Of a stretch of 64,000 nucleotides of DNA, positions 48,240-56,885 are shown piece by piece. The DNA lies in contig DAVY01000020.1 in the NCBI GenBank assembly GCA_002505775.1, forward strand, positions 4,860 to 68,859, written 5' to 3'. The stretch comes from Euryarchaeota archaeon UBA130 (GTDB lineage: Archaea; Thermoplasmatota; Poseidoniia; Poseidoniales; Thalassarchaeaceae). The notes under the pieces are model-generated. The model had not been told where the DNA came from, did no database searches, and saw only the letters and a list, made by a program, of their open reading frames with translations. Every line of letters starts with the position of its first letter. Position 1 is the first letter of the stretch. The position numbers and the translations under genes were made by a program.

Positions 48240-48788
48240 ATGCAGGGCATGCGGAGGTTGGGACTGACAGGGGCTCCTGGTTCAGGGAAGACCACCATTG
48301 CGGAAATACTGAGGGAGGGCGAATTCGATATCTTGACAGTCGAGTCACTGGCATCTGAGCACGGGTGCATAGAAGCCGAAGATCCGAGGGACGGGGCGTG
48401 TCCAATAGACGTCGATAAACTGAAAACGATTCTAAATGGAGCCTGGGGCGATCCACCTAGAAAGATGACGATAGTCGACGGTCACCTATCCCATCTCTTG
48501 CCTGTAGAGGGAGTCATCGTACTCAGGTGCGATCCCGAAATTCTACGTGCTCGTCTTGTCTCTCGAAATTACTCTGATTCTAAGGTTGACTCGAATGTAG
48601 AATGGGAGTTCATTGGAGGGGCCTGGAACGAGTATGCCCATGATATCCCCTGGACTGAGTTCGAAACATCGAAAAACTCTCCAGAGTCAATTGTGGGACT
48701 TATTCGCTCCTGGATCTCAGATGGCTTCAAGCATGATGCCCCTGACACGACAATAGACTGGATTGAACGGGGGACTTGCGATGTTTGA
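48240..48788 (+). CDS. Archaeal adenylate-kinase-like NTPase (AK6/Fap7 homologue)
   Basis: P-loop 'LGLTGAPGSGKTTIAEIL'; about 180 aa from ATG 48240. Confidence 0.65.
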   Translation: MQGMRRLGLTGAPGSGKTTIAEILREGEFDILTVESLASEHGCIEAEDPRDGACPIDVDKLKTILNGAWGDPPRKMTIVDGHLSHLLPVEGVIVLRCDPEILRARLVSRNYSDSKVDSNVEWEFIGGAWNEYAHDIPWTEFETSKNSPESIVGLIRSWISDGFKHDAPDTTIDWIERGTCDV

Positions 48789-49455
48789 GAAGATGCGTGA
48801 AAGATGGACTAACGCGATACATCCATTGGTTGTCAGAATGGGTGACCTTGACCCCAGTTCTCTCACTTGGGCCAGTCTGGGACTTGCAATCCTCTCTTTC
48901 TACCTATTATCTCAGGCAACAGGGGACTCTACCGGATCAATTTGGATTATTGGAGGCGTATTCCTAATCCTAATTGCCGGTGTATTGGATGCTCTGGATG
49001 GGGCGTTGGCAAGGCATCAAGGTACTGATGGTCCTTACGGGGACTTCCTCGACCATACCATTGACAGGGTGGTAGATGTAGGCCTACTCGTGGCAATTGG
49101 AATGAACTCGAGCTTTGTTGCTGAGCCAAGTACTGGCCTAATTGCAGGACTAATGACTCTGTTCGGCTCCTATATGGGAACTCAGGCTCAATCAGTGGGG
49201 TTGGATCGTATTTACGGAGGTTTCTCCAGAGCAGACAGGATGGTTCTTACCATTGTCGGCCTTCTTGTTGCATCTTGGCAGGCCTATTCGGGAGCTTCTG
49301 GAATCTCTATGGATTCGATGCATTGGATTATGGAGATGTTGAACCTTGGAAACAGTGAACTGAATGGGATGACCTTCGCTCTAGCAGTATCTGCCTGGGG
49401 AGGGGTCTATACCTTTCTAGTGAGATTCATCAAGACTCGCTCTCAGTTAATATGA
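48781..49455 (+). CDS. CDP-alcohol phosphatidyltransferase family protein
   Basis: 'DALDGALARHQGTDGPYGDFLDHTIDRVVD' matches D(x2)DG(x2)AR(x8)G(x3)D(x3)D. Polytopic. Start overlaps the previous stop. Confidence 0.85.
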   Translation: MFEKMRERWTNAIHPLVVRMGDLDPSSLTWASLGLAILSFYLLSQATGDSTGSIWIIGGVFLILIAGVLDALDGALARHQGTDGPYGDFLDHTIDRVVDVGLLVAIGMNSSFVAEPSTGLIAGLMTLFGSYMGTQAQSVGLDRIYGGFSRADRMVLTIVGLLVASWQAYSGASGISMDSMHWIMEMLNLGNSELNGMTFALAVSAWGGVYTFLVRFIKTRSQLI

Positions 49456-49542
49456 CGGCTGAAGTAGCCATGTGACCAAATGGTGCCCTACCACGCATGG
49501 TTGAGGGTAATGGTTATCCTCTGTAGTACTCGCCTAACCCAC

Positions 49543-50661
49543 ATGAAGCATCTCATCAACAGAGTTCTGGAGCTTGATGAGGAGTCCGAATTACCCTTAG
49601 GACCTATAGATACCGAAAGTGATCCGGAGCTTCAGAGCTTACTGATGTCATTGCAACCAAAGATACGTGTCTTTGGATGTGGGGGATGTGGTTCTAATAC
49701 TGTTGCAAGACTGGAACATGAGGACCTCTTCGATGACGAGTATGTCAGAGGAATTGCAGTAAACACTGACGCGCAACACTTGTTGCGAGTGGCTGTCAAG
49801 AATAAGATTCTGATTGGAAGATCAGCGCGAGGCAGGGGCGCTGGAGGAGATCCAGAAAAGGGCGAACAGGCGGCATACGAATCCGAGAGGTCCCTGAAGG
49901 CGGAGATTGAGTCGTGCGATCTTGCCTTCATCACAGCTGGTCTAGGCGGGGGAACAGGGACCGGAAGTGCCCATGTTGTAGCAAGGCTGGCCAGAGCCGC
50001 TGGCGCGCTAACAATCGCAGTGGTTAGCTATCCCTTCCTATCTGAAGGAGCTCTGAGGAGACAAAATGCTGAGTGGGGCCTAGAGAGATTAAGGGAGGTC
50101 TGCGATACAGTTGTTGTGCTTCCAAATGAGAGGCTTTTGGAGGTTGATGGAGTAAGAGAGCTCCCTCTCGACGCGGCATTCAGAGTAGCAGATGAGCTCC
50201 TGATGCGAAGCATCAAGGGGGTTTCAGAGATGATAGCCAAAGAAGGAGTGGTTAATCTGGACTTCCAGGATTTGCGATCTGTTATGGAAAATGGAGGTGG
50301 AGTGGCAATGATCGGACTCGGTGAGGCCAGAGGTGAAGGAATGGCAGAAGCCGCCACAGAGGAGGCGTTGCAATCTCCACTTCTGGATATCGATGTGTCC
50401 GATGCCAGAGGCGCGTTAGTCAATGTCGTAGGTGGCCCCAGTCTCTCTCTCGGTGACGCTGAATCATGTGCCAAGATCATAAGGGACAAGATCAACCCAT
50501 ATGCTAGAATAATCTGGGGAGCTACTACTGATCCTAGCATGGGCGATGGCATCAGAGTTCTGCTGGTTCTGACAGGAGTGAAGAGTGAGCAGATTCATGG
50601 TGCTGCGTTGCATACCCAGATGAGGAATTTGAAGAGTAGGACAGTGGAGTTTGTCGGATAG
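49543..50661 (+). CDS. ftsZ: Cell division protein FtsZ
   Basis: 'RVFGCGGCGSNTV', 'NTDAQHL', 'ITAGLGGGTGTGSAHVVARLAR'. Confidence 0.93.
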   Translation: MKHLINRVLELDEESELPLGPIDTESDPELQSLLMSLQPKIRVFGCGGCGSNTVARLEHEDLFDDEYVRGIAVNTDAQHLLRVAVKNKILIGRSARGRGAGGDPEKGEQAAYESERSLKAEIESCDLAFITAGLGGGTGTGSAHVVARLARAAGALTIAVVSYPFLSEGALRRQNAEWGLERLREVCDTVVVLPNERLLEVDGVRELPLDAAFRVADELLMRSIKGVSEMIAKEGVVNLDFQDLRSVMENGGGVAMIGLGEARGEGMAEAATEEALQSPLLDIDVSDARGALVNVVGGPSLSLGDAESCAKIIRDKINPYARIIWGATTDPSMGDGIRVLLVLTGVKSEQIHGAALHTQMRNLKSRTVEFVG

Positions 50662-50740
50662 CAGACAATCAAACGCGACAGCCATGTCCGCTGTGCTTAA
50701 ATGAGGCTCGTCGGTCGGCAGACCGCTTTGAGGTAGAACC

Positions 50741-51004
50741 ATGAGTGTTGAGAGTTCCAATGTTGGCGCTGTCGAAGAGACCGTACAGGGTTGGCAGGAC
50801 GGTATCGAAGGAAGGATTAAGGGACTGCAAACTGGTTCTTACGCTAGAATCCTGAAGATGGCAAGAAAGCCCTCCAAGCAAGAGTTCAGGCAGACTGTGA
50901 TAGTTTGTGGAATCGGTATGCTGGTGCTCGGATTAATAGGATTCGTGATGCTGTGGGGGATGGACACCTTGTTGCCTGACTTCTTCAGATGGTTGACCAA
51001 TTAA
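50741..51004 (+). CDS. secE: Preprotein translocase subunit SecE (Sec61gamma)
   Basis: 'ILKMARKPSKQEFRQTVIVCGIGMLVLGLIGFVM', single TM; conserved position before spt5. Confidence 0.8.
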   Translation: MSVESSNVGAVEETVQGWQDGIEGRIKGLQTGSYARILKMARKPSKQEFRQTVIVCGIGMLVLGLIGFVMLWGMDTLLPDFFRWLTN

Positions 51005-51008
51005 GAGG

Positions 51009-51917
51009 GTGAAAAACATGTCAGATGCTTTTGTTGCTTACATTCGTCATGAAGAGAAGGTCCTATTGATGCAAAGAGCCGATGAGGTCTCTGATTTCCC
51101 CGGTGCTTGGGATGGAGTCTACGGAGTAGGAGATTCAAATGACCTAGATGCAGTTGCTTCGAGGATCGAGGAGGCAACAGGTATTCCCCATGAGAGCCTG
51201 ACCTTCGTCAGATCTGGTGACGCCAGGGGTCTTGAGTTCGGGAACCGGCTGAATGATGTAACTCCTCTGCTTTTCCTTTGTGATACCGAAGAGGTAACCG
51301 CCAAAGGACTTTACAAGAGCTACAATTGGGTCGACCCGGGTTACATCAACTGGGTGGAGCCCGAAGATTCCTCTGATAGCAGATCAACCAGATATATGGT
51401 CCCTCAACTCGGGAATATGTATGGTGACGTGGCTTCATTCCTCTACATATTGAAGACCAGCATGGGTCAAGAGCAGAATGTGGCCAGGGAAATCAGGGCT
51501 AGGTTATCTGGGACTGGATCGCTACAAGACATTCAAGACAAGATATTCGGGGTCCTAAGTCCTAGCTATCTGAAGGGATTCATATTCGTCGAAGCCACCG
51601 CCATTCATCACGTTGAGAAACTAATAGGCAGAGTTGGAGTATCAGCTACCCCAATGAAGAACTGTCGGAAGGTGTTGGACGGCGAGTCGCCATTAAGGGA
51701 CATCCTACCATACCTAGAACCGAAGGCCGCAACAACCGGAATCGAGGAAGGAAACATCGTGGAAATACGCGGGGGCGCCTTCAAGGGTGCTTCGGCCCGT
51801 GTGATTGGCGTAAGCGAGTCGAAAGAGGAAGTCACGGTCGAGTTATTCGAGGCGGCAGTCCCAGTAGCCCTCAACATAAGGGCCGATCAGGTAAGGGTCA
51901 CCCAAAGAATGGAGTGA
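51009..51917 (+). CDS. spt5: Transcription elongation factor Spt5/NusG with in-frame N-terminal Nudix-like domain
   Basis: The C-terminal 165 aa form NGN ('FLYILKTSMGQEQNVAREI...KGFIFVEA') plus KOW ('GNIVEIRGGAFKGASARVIGV'). Residues 1-135, 'KVLLMQRADEVSDFPGAWDGVYGVGDSNDLDAVASRIEEATGI', look like a degenerate Nudix box. No stop separates the parts. Confidence 0.8.
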   Translation: MKNMSDAFVAYIRHEEKVLLMQRADEVSDFPGAWDGVYGVGDSNDLDAVASRIEEATGIPHESLTFVRSGDARGLEFGNRLNDVTPLLFLCDTEEVTAKGLYKSYNWVDPGYINWVEPEDSSDSRSTRYMVPQLGNMYGDVASFLYILKTSMGQEQNVAREIRARLSGTGSLQDIQDKIFGVLSPSYLKGFIFVEATAIHHVEKLIGRVGVSATPMKNCRKVLDGESPLRDILPYLEPKAATTGIEEGNIVEIRGGAFKGASARVIGVSESKEEVTVELFEAAVPVALNIRADQVRVTQRME

Positions 51918-51981
51918 GATTAGGGGGATCTGGTCACTTACATCACGCTCAAATAGGGAGAGTAGGTCGGCGAGGCACTCA

Positions 51982-51986
51982 GGAGG
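51982..51986 (+). promoter_or_regulatory. Shine-Dalgarno-like GGAGG 10 nt upstream of the rpl11 ATG
   Basis: Read directly ('aggagggggatttagtATG'). A similar GGAGGTG lies at 52316-52322 before rpl1. Confidence 0.45.
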
Positions 51987-51996
51987 GGGATTTAGT

Positions 51997-52275
51997 ATGT
52001 CAGCGCGCAATGAAACCCCTCACAAAATAATCCAGTCACTTGGTAAAAAGAAGTGTAACGGATCCTGGGAGGAAGCAACGGAAAACCTCACAATGGATCA
52101 GGTAAAGAAGATCGCTGATGAGCAGAAAGACCGCCTCACTGGTGCAACTCTTTACGCTAGGTGCAGGGAAGTCATGGGAACATGCGTATCAATGAGAGTA
52201 AATGTCGAGGGGATGTCTCCAAAAGACGCCTTGAATGCTATGAGCAAGGGGGAATTTGCCGAGCATTTCGCTTGA
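51997..52275 (+). CDS. rpl11: 50S ribosomal protein L11, C-terminal (rRNA-binding) domain only
   Basis: 'NLTMDQVKKIADEQKDRLTGATLYARCREVMGTCVSMRVNVEGMSPKDAL' matches the L11 C-domain. It is only 92 aa, and the GPPLGPALG-containing N-domain is absent. Confidence 0.75.
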   Translation: MSARNETPHKIIQSLGKKKCNGSWEEATENLTMDQVKKIADEQKDRLTGATLYARCREVMGTCVSMRVNVEGMSPKDALNAMSKGEFAEHFA

Positions 52276-52287
52276 CATACACGAATT

Positions 52288-52315
52288 GCGGGAGAGGTCC
52301 AACCTCGTTGACCGC
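52288..52315 (+). promoter_or_regulatory. Hairpin with asymmetric internal loop immediately upstream of the rpl1 SD (candidate L1 autoregulatory site)
   Basis: GCGG-GA-GAGG-TCCAA-CCTC-GTTGA-CCGC read directly. The functional assignment is speculative. Confidence 0.2.
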
Positions 52316-52329
52316 GGAGGTGGTTTAGA

Positions 52330-52974
52330 ATGAAGGAAAATATACAGAACGCTATTCAGCAAGCCCTAGAAGGGTCTCCTGAGCGTAAGTTCGTAGAGTC
52401 AATGGAGATCTCATTTACATTGAAGGACGTAGATCTCAAGAACCCAGCTAACAGGATACAGGAGGAGGTTCGGCTCCCATCAGGCAGGGGCAAACCCGTC
52501 AAGATCGCAATGTTCGCAGGAGGAGAGATGTCCACAAAGGCCAAGGCGGCTGGATTGGATGTAATCGACCCATCGACAATAGAGGATATTGGAGGTAATC
52601 GCCAGCAAGCAAGAAAGATGGCGAATAGATATGATTTCTTCCTGTCCGAGATTCCACACATGGGGACCGTCGGAAGGTTCCTCGGGGTCGTTTTGGGACC
52701 AAGAGGTAAGATGCCTCGCCCCGTACCTCCGAATGTGGATCCCGCAATGATAGCTGCGGGTCTGAAGGACACAGCGGTTGTGAGGTCCAGAGATAAGATA
52801 ACCTTCCACACCGCCCTAGGTTCCAGAGAGCAGGGCCTTGACGATCTCACGATGAATGCCATGGCTATCTGGAACAGAGTGATGAGCAAGCTTGAGAGAG
52901 GCCCTGGAAATATCAGGTCCTGCTACATCAAGACATCCATGGGCCCCTCTTACAAGGTCGAGGTGATTGCTTGA
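52330..52974 (+). CDS. rpl1: 50S ribosomal protein L1
   Basis: 214 aa; 'RKFVESMEISFTLKDVDLKNPANRI', 'FLSEIPHMGTVGRFLGVVLGPRGKMP'. Conserved cluster position. Confidence 0.9.
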   Translation: MKENIQNAIQQALEGSPERKFVESMEISFTLKDVDLKNPANRIQEEVRLPSGRGKPVKIAMFAGGEMSTKAKAAGLDVIDPSTIEDIGGNRQQARKMANRYDFFLSEIPHMGTVGRFLGVVLGPRGKMPRPVPPNVDPAMIAAGLKDTAVVRSRDKITFHTALGSREQGLDDLTMNAMAIWNRVMSKLERGPGNIRSCYIKTSMGPSYKVEVIA

Positions 52975-53990
52975 TTCCCAAGGTCGCGTCATGGAAGCCG
53001 GACCGTGTGACTGAGCTAAGGGACATAGTCTCCAAAGAGGGAATTGTTGGTGTTGTGGATATTTCGGGAGTCCCTGCAAAGAATATGCTGGACATGAGAA
53101 ACTCCCTAAGGGGAATGATGACAATGACCATGGCCAAAAAGAGCCTTATCAGGATTGCATGGAAGGAAGCCGGCCTTTCCGAGGATGATCTAGAAGAGCT
53201 CCTTGAAGGCGCGATTCAGCCATGCGTGGTACACACTGATTCGTTGAACTGCTATGAGTTGTTTGATGAGTTGGAGAAAACCAGGCAAGGTAGAGCCGCA
53301 AAGGAGGGAGAAATTGCCCCAGAGGACATTGTCGTAGAAGCGGGGCCAACAGAGTTTGGACCGGGACCGATTGTCGGTGAGTTCAACGCAGTTGGGATTC
53401 CGGCAAAGATAGACAAGGGCGCGGTAGCTATCCAGAAAACAGTTACTGTAGTCAACAAGGGAGAGCCAATCGAGGGAGATCTTGGGCTAATGCTCTCAAA
53501 GCTTGGAATAAACCCTATCGAGATCGGATTGATACTGATGGGAGTCATTGATGACGGAGAAGTTCTTTCTTCCTCAGACCTAGACTTGGACACAGATGGT
53601 CTCAAGAGCGATATTATCTCAGCTACCTCGAACGCTTACAACCTAGCATGTAACGTACGCTGGTTCTCCAGTGTCACAATGCCTGCTCTGCTTTCCAAGG
53701 CTAGCAGTGAGGCCCTATCAGTTGCCTTGGAAGCTGGGGTCGTCAACGAAGACACTGCCTCGGCGATAATTTCCCGTGCTAACGCACGTGCCATGGCCAT
53801 AGCCGGCCAGTTAGATTCCTCAGCTCTCGATGAAGAGCTAGTTGCCGCACTTGGTGCGGTAGCGAGCACATCTGGTGCTGAAGTCGCTTCCTCCGAAGCG
53901 GCTGAAGGAGCGGCCGAAGAAGTCGCAAATGAGGAAGAGGAGGAAGAGGAGGAAGCTGGGTTCGGTGGACTTGGCGATCTCTTCGGATGA
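52971..53990 (+). CDS. rplP0: 50S ribosomal stalk protein P0 (L10)
   Basis: '[14 protein letters not shown]...[23 protein letters not shown]' and acidic tail '[19 protein letters not shown]'. TTG start overlaps the rpl1 stop. Confidence 0.9.
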   Translation: MIPKVASWKPDRVTELRDIVSKEGIVGVVDISGVPAKNMLDMRNSLRGMMTMTMAKKSLIRIAWKEAGLSEDDLEELLEGAIQPCVVHTDSLNCYELFDELEKTRQGRAAKEGEIAPEDIVVEAGPTEFGPGPIVGEFNAVGIPAKIDKGAVAIQKTVTVVNKGEPIEGDLGLMLSKLGINPIEIGLILMGVIDDGEVLSSSDLDLDTDGLKSDIISATSNAYNLACNVRWFSSVTMPALLSKASSEALSVALEAGVVNEDTASAIISRANARAMAIAGQLDSSALDEELVAALGAVASTSGAEVASSEAAEGAAEEVANEEEEEEEEAGFGGLGDLFG

Positions 53991-54006
53991 AATAGAAGGT
54001 GAAAAA

Positions 54007-54318
54007 ATGGAATATGTATATGCTGCAATGCTACTGCACTCTGCTGAGAAAGAGATTGATGAGAATGGCGTTAGCGCTGTGCTAACCGCCGCTGGAGTGG
54101 ATGCTGACAGCGCCCGTGTTAAGGCACTGGTTGCGTCGTTAGGATCCGTCGATATCGGAGAAGCTATGGCTACCGCTATAGCAGCACCCGTTGCCACAGG
54201 CGCCGCGCCTGCCGCAGCCGCAGGAGGAGCTTCAGAGGCTCCTGCCGAGGCCGCTGCTGAAGAGGAGCCTGAGGAAGACGATGGTGGATTCGAGGGTCTC
54301 GGCTCTTTGTTCGGATAA
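54007..54318 (+). CDS. rpl12: 50S ribosomal stalk protein P1 (L12)
   Basis: '[31 protein letters not shown]...' with Ala-rich hinge and tail '[15 protein letters not shown]'. ATG 54007 has GGTGA upstream. Confidence 0.9.
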   Translation: MEYVYAAMLLHSAEKEIDENGVSAVLTAAGVDADSARVKALVASLGSVDIGEAMATAIAAPVATGAAPAAAAGGASEAPAEAAAEEEPEEDDGGFEGLGSLFG

Positions 54319-54379
54319 GCATTAGCAAAAGATAGGATTCGCGAAGGCGCTATGGGCGATAGCCTGTTAGCGAAGCCGG

Positions 54380-54823
54380 ATGCACCCCAATCGTATACTA
54401 GAGATTCCAGTCTCAATAACCCCCACCGATGCGATTAGGTACTTCAGAATAGCATGTGAAAGACGAGGATGGGAAGGGACCAGGCTGGAAGAAAGCAGGG
54501 TAGTTCACAGATGGGCCATCATAATGCCCATAGCTAGGTCAGCAAGAGTGATTGGGCTCTCGATAGATAGTGGTTCTGGAGTGGGTCTGTCTTTGAGATC
54601 ATGGAGCTACACACCTGGTTCTGCAGGTAGCATAACTATGGTTTCATTCGAGATTCCATCGGGAATAGATGGAGATGAGTGGTCTACTTTCCTTCGTGAG
54701 TGGCATGATTCCCTTCCTAGGTGCCCTTGGAAGTGGAGTTTTGGAGAGCGCTCCATGATTGGCTACTTCAGTCCAGAATTCAGAAAATCAAGAAAGGCGT
54801 TTTTGTCAGAGGGTATTATTTGA
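54380..54823 (+). CDS. Hypothetical protein
   Basis: 147-aa ORF; no motif recognised. Confidence 0.35.
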   Translation: MHPNRILEIPVSITPTDAIRYFRIACERRGWEGTRLEESRVVHRWAIIMPIARSARVIGLSIDSGSGVGLSLRSWSYTPGSAGSITMVSFEIPSGIDGDEWSTFLREWHDSLPRCPWKWSFGERSMIGYFSPEFRKSRKAFLSEGII

Positions 54824-54901
54824 CTTGAAATCCTAACTTTCAGAGAGAGGATTTGAAAGAGGGAGTGATTTTCAAGTGCCGAGTAGGAGGGGAATAAAGG
54901 C

Positions 54902-55567
54902 ATGTTCGATAGTCCGAGGAAAATTGGGATGCTCGCGGGTTCGTTGGCATTCATGGTTTTATTTCCACTATATTTCGCATGGATGCCTCTAGCGGATGAA
55001 GGTCTGTCGTCTGGAGGGGCGGGACCCCAAGGAAATTGGGAGGTTAGCTTCATTGAGAGTGAGGTTATTTTCCAAGAGTCAGCAGTTTTAGAAGACGGGG
55101 ATACCCACATTACAGAATTCATTGTGGGGCTCGATGACATAGGAGAAATGGAGATAGGGTCCGTAGAATTGATAGTTCAGTGTAACGATAATGACGATCC
55201 TGGGCCGGGTTTTACTGACAGTGTGGATGGAATAAGTGATCTAATGGATGTTGAGGGGCACTCATCTGGTGATATTGAGGACCAGAGTGCAGATGGCACC
55301 TGTGCCGGAGGAAATGGTGGGTTCACAATCAGATGGGATGTTACCACCAATTACACAGGGGAGAGTTTCACTATCACATCATCACAGAAAACAATATCAG
55401 AGACGTGGAATGATGGCGGTTTTGGTATTGGGACATGGTCAGCTACGCTCACGGCGGAAGTTAACTCGGCTCCTGTGGTGGGACAGATAGTGGACTCAGA
55501 TGAGGAATTTGATATCACGTGGAGGATGGTGACTTACGAAGTTGTCATCGAAGAGTCATTGGCCTAG
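54902..55567 (+). CDS. Membrane-anchored acidic hypothetical protein
   Basis: N-terminal TM 'MLAGSLAFMVLFPLYFAWM', then an acidic beta-rich domain. Confidence 0.4.
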   Translation: MFDSPRKIGMLAGSLAFMVLFPLYFAWMPLADEGLSSGGAGPQGNWEVSFIESEVIFQESAVLEDGDTHITEFIVGLDDIGEMEIGSVELIVQCNDNDDPGPGFTDSVDGISDLMDVEGHSSGDIEDQSADGTCAGGNGGFTIRWDVTTNYTGESFTITSSQKTISETWNDGGFGIGTWSATLTAEVNSAPVVGQIVDSDEEFDITWRMVTYEVVIEESLA

Positions 55568-55572
55568 GATCC

Positions 55573-56853
55573 TTAGGACTTTGAGTGTATCCTGATAACG
55601 TCATTATCCATTATCTCATACTCAGAACCGATTATCCTTCCAGTTCGGGCATCAACGGCCCTGATGAATCCTTGGCCTAAATCAGTATGAACATGGAATG
55701 CCAGTCCCTTAGCGGTAGTCCCTGGGGGAACAAGGATAGCGTCTGGGAGAGTATTTCCATCACCATCTGCCCAATGTGTCTCGTCCTGAACAGGATATGC
55801 CACCTTGCGAGAAAGTGTACCGAATACGACTTCTGAGAGTAGCCCGAATAGCCCGCCTCCTTCCCAAGTCAGAGATTCAGAAATGGAATGTAATGCCTTT
55901 CTCTGCTGCTCGTTCATAGTCTCCTCACCCTTCTGAGAGATATCAAATTTCGAATCTCCCGGTCGACGTTCGATCAATCCAGCCGCACTGGCCCTACTCA
56001 GCGCAAGTTCGGCCTCAGCACTCGTGAGGACGACCTTTCCCCCTGAAGCCTCAATTTCTGTTTTCAGCTCGTTACAGCGATGTACTTGATTGTCAGCCTT
56101 ATTTGCCGCGATGGATATTGGAAACAATGCCCTGCGAATCTCTGAAGATAGAGTCATTAACTCAGAATCCCCCCATTGCGACGCCGATTCGGACCCAGGA
56201 TGACGAGTGCGTACAGCTGCAATGCCTGTGTTGATATGGCTCTCCGTAGCTCCTATTCCTGTCAATTGAGTGAGTATGTATTCAGAAAGAGCCTTCTCAC
56301 CCTCTGCCTGAACTCTCCTAGCGGCCCGACTCCATCCCCCGCGTAGGATACCAGCAATCCAAGCCTCGATTTCCGATACAAGAAAGCGGTGTTCCTCTAT
56401 AGGCTCTGACCCCCCGGTACCAACGGGATTTCCCTCCAAATCAGTGGAGCCGGATACATCGACTACCTGAATCAGCGCATCGCATCGAGCTAAGTCAGAT
56501 AGGAATTGATTGCCTCGACCCTTGCCCTCATGAGCCCCTGGAACCAGACCTGCAACATCAACAAGAGTGACTGGGACTAGTCTTCGATACTCAACGCAAG
56601 AGCCAGAGTTGGGCTCGCATATACTACCTTTTCTTGTATCGTCCTCATTGACTGGTTCGAGTCTCCCCGCATCCTCTTTACGTTCTCTTAACTCTGAACA
56701 AGGGCACTTTGAGGGCAGGGGTAGCCATGCCACGCCAACATTGGGATCTATGGTTGTAAAGGGGTAGTTTGCGATTTCTACTGGTGTCTGTGTCATAGCA
56801 GAGAATATCGTCGATTTGCCGACATTTGGCTTGCCGACTAGTCCGATCCGCAT
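55573..56853 (-). CDS. Obg-like P-loop GTPase/ATPase (YchF/DRG-related) with C-terminal TGS-like domain
   Basis: 'MRIGLVGKPNVGKSTIFSAMT', 'ANYPFTTIDPNVG', 'LVDVAGLVPGAHEG', 'ANKAD'. C-terminal 'GFIRAVDARTGRIIGSEYEIMDNDVIRI' is TGS-like. Confidence 0.8.
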   Translation of the reverse strand: MRIGLVGKPNVGKSTIFSAMTQTPVEIANYPFTTIDPNVGVAWLPLPSKCPCSELRERKEDAGRLEPVNEDDTRKGSICEPNSGSCVEYRRLVPVTLVDVAGLVPGAHEGKGRGNQFLSDLARCDALIQVVDVSGSTDLEGNPVGTGGSEPIEEHRFLVSEIEAWIAGILRGGWSRAARRVQAEGEKALSEYILTQLTGIGATESHINTGIAAVRTRHPGSESASQWGDSELMTLSSEIRRALFPISIAANKADNQVHRCNELKTEIEASGGKVVLTSAEAELALSRASAAGLIERRPGDSKFDISQKGEETMNEQQRKALHSISESLTWEGGGLFGLLSEVVFGTLSRKVAYPVQDETHWADGDGNTLPDAILVPPGTTAKGLAFHVHTDLGQGFIRAVDARTGRIIGSEYEIMDNDVIRIHSKS

Positions 56854-56885
56854 GTTTACCGCCCGATGCGAGGGGTTTCATATCC

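Noticed and set aside
47020-48456. Full 478-aa ORF for the CaCA antiporter
   Set aside because: The first roughly 98 codons are Arg/Pro/Ser-rich, non-membrane and run across the divergent AK6-like gene region. The conserved transporter begins near 'MNPRDSKLNLLLIALP', so a downstream ATG (48162, 48153 or 48123) is more plausible.
53636-54416. Minus-strand ORFs of 130 and 192 aa opposite rplP0/rpl12
   Set aside because: They are antisense to the Ala/Glu-rich stalk-protein tails, and the ribosomal genes on the plus strand are unambiguous.
54828-54854. Inverted repeat AAATCCT N13 AGGATTT after the 147-aa ORF
   Set aside because: A 7-bp AT-rich stem with a 13-nt loop is weak and expected by chance. 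It is not reported as a terminator.
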